From positions 1 to 64,000 of the forward strand of contig CAVSHO010000013.1 of the NCBI GenBank assembly GCA_963727825.1: a stretch of DNA of 64,000 nt. The letters run 5' to 3'. Shown in pieces: positions 62,968-64,000 of this stretch (positions within the stretch are counted from its first letter, which is position 1; the number at the start of each line of letters is the position of its first letter). Source of the stretch: Ignavibacteriota bacterium. GTDB lineage: Bacteria; Bacteroidota; Ignavibacteria; UBA10030. Under the pieces are notes generated by a model that saw only the letters and a program-made list of their open reading frames with translations, had not been told where the DNA came from and made no database searches. The position numbers and the translations under genes are program-made.

Positions 62968-63999
62968 TTATTTTAATGCTGCCCGCTGATTTTCTAATTG
63001 TAAAAGCAGTTTCCGCGCCTCTTCAAACTTCGCATTCGCACGGGATTGGAGATTGGCAGGAAAAGAACACGTCTCATATGAGAGAAGTGTTTTTAGATTA
63101 TAAAGCACATTGCTTGTATCGTTCAAAACAACTTTTGATTTAACAAGATTTAACCGGCAGACTATTTCATTATAAGGATTTGGCGCATGCACATGCACAA
63201 TATTTTTTAGAAGACTTGAATACGCCGGCACAGCTTCGGCAGAACGATTCTGCCGATCCAATGCTGTGGCAAATCCCCATAAAAATATTCGGTTTTCCGG
63301 ATAAAAATTTAAACCTCGCTTTGCCCACTCTTCTGCTTGCCTATAATTTTCAGAATCAAGATAAATTGCAATAAGTGCGCTTATTGCGGCAAATCGATTA
63401 TATTCGGATTGCTCCGCGCCGATAATGAGCATTTTGATTCCAAGTCCACGGTTATCTTTAACGAATGGCAGCCATCGAATGAATTCCGTCTTTCGACAAC
63501 TCCAGTAATAATAAGCACCAATGCCAACATAAGCATCGTAAAATGAAGAATCTTTTTCAATTACTTCTTCTAATTTTGATGCCGATGACATGCTTTTCCG
63601 CACTCCACCTAACCAATCTCCACTTTGCACTCGTTCATATGCATCATAGCCATCTGCTGTACCAAGAAAGTATCCGCGCCAGGGCAAAGAGATTTTTTCT
63701 GCGGTATTTTTCCCTATCACCAATAAGGAATCAAATTTATCCTGCTCAATCGGCACATCGAAATCCATGTCGTATGCTTGCAGCACTGCTGCTTGATAAA
63801 GATAACCAACCGGATTATCAGGATAACGATTAGCAACAACTTGGAATAGTGAATCAGCCTGCATATACTCCTGTCTCAAGATAAAATCAATTCCTCTGAC
63901 AACGAGGGAATGAAGCGAAGGTTCCAATTTCCACTGTGCTTGGGAAATCGCGGCTGCAAACATAATTGTAATTACAATATTGAAAGCTTTGTTTTTCAA
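62968..63999 (-). CDS. Exported TPR-repeat protein
   Basis: Signal peptide ending SQA-Q, TPR-like YPDNP.GY, DAY.G.G.Y.Y, YPEN. The start lies at the window edge. Confidence 0.7.
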   Translation of the reverse strand: MKNKAFNIVITIMFAAAISQAQWKLEPSLHSLVVRGIDFILRQEYMQADSLFQVVANRYPDNPVGYLYQAAVLQAYDMDFDVPIEQDKFDSLLVIGKNTAEKISLPWRGYFLGTADGYDAYERVQSGDWLGGVRKSMSSASKLEEVIEKDSSFYDAYVGIGAYYYWSCRKTEFIRWLPFVKDNRGLGIKMLIIGAEQSEYNRFAAISALIAIYLDSENYRQAEEWAKRGLNFYPENRIFLWGFATALDRQNRSAEAVPAYSSLLKNIVHVHAPNPYNEIVCRLNLVKSKVVLNDTSNVLYNLKTLLSYETCSFPANLQSRANAKFEEARKLLLQLENQRAALK

Positions 64000-64000
64000 A

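Noticed and set aside
474-63833. Many short ORFs in the track that are antisense to, or nested in, long genes (e.g. 474-728, 14437-14946, 51473-52006, 54362-54835, 57352-57867)
   Set aside because: They are shadows of well-supported genes and show no recognisable motifs.
1-64000. CRISPR array, tRNA/rRNA genes, prophage, intact IS element
   Set aside because: No repeat-spacer periodicity, cloverleaf, rRNA signature, or integrase/transposase ORF was seen by eye.

Overview
The window is an AT-rich bacterial chromosomal segment, most likely from an Ignavibacteria-like (FCB group) genome. This placement is inferred from T9SS genes with FlgD-type C-terminal sorting domains, signal peptides cleaved before Gln, and TTGACA/TATAAT-type promoters with Shine-Dalgarno sites. 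From left to right it holds: the start of a polysaccharide export locus (Wzz-like, Wza/SLBB); two T9SS cargo genes with cohesin/dockerin-like modules; a T9SS attachment cluster (porU, porV, an M6 pseudo-protease, a zincin/beta-propeller/barrel protein, a DUF5683-like gene, HIT); a housekeeping operon (glgA to polyprenyl synthase); a probable ceramide synthesis cluster (spt, bCerS-like, CerR-like, plus ilvE); an M1 peptidase, Pit/DUF47, purE, sua5 and a FadF-like gene; a peptide-use cluster (PRODH, OPT, pepD, MFS); hemerythrin with a response regulator; a GT-C glycosyltransferase; a nest of palindromes; and mtgA-ruvX-rel. I saw no rRNA, tRNA, CRISPR array or intact transposase. At least nine genes are split by single-base frameshifts, most likely long-read or assembly errors. 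The best novelty candidates are (1) a ~200-nt structured leader with competing anti-antiterminator, antiterminator and terminator helices abutting the porU start codon, (2) T9SS-exported cohesin/dockerin proteins, (3) the sphingolipid cluster linked to ilvE, and (4) the pseudo-protease in the porU-porV neighbourhood. All calls come from reading motifs by eye; no database searches or folding programs were run.
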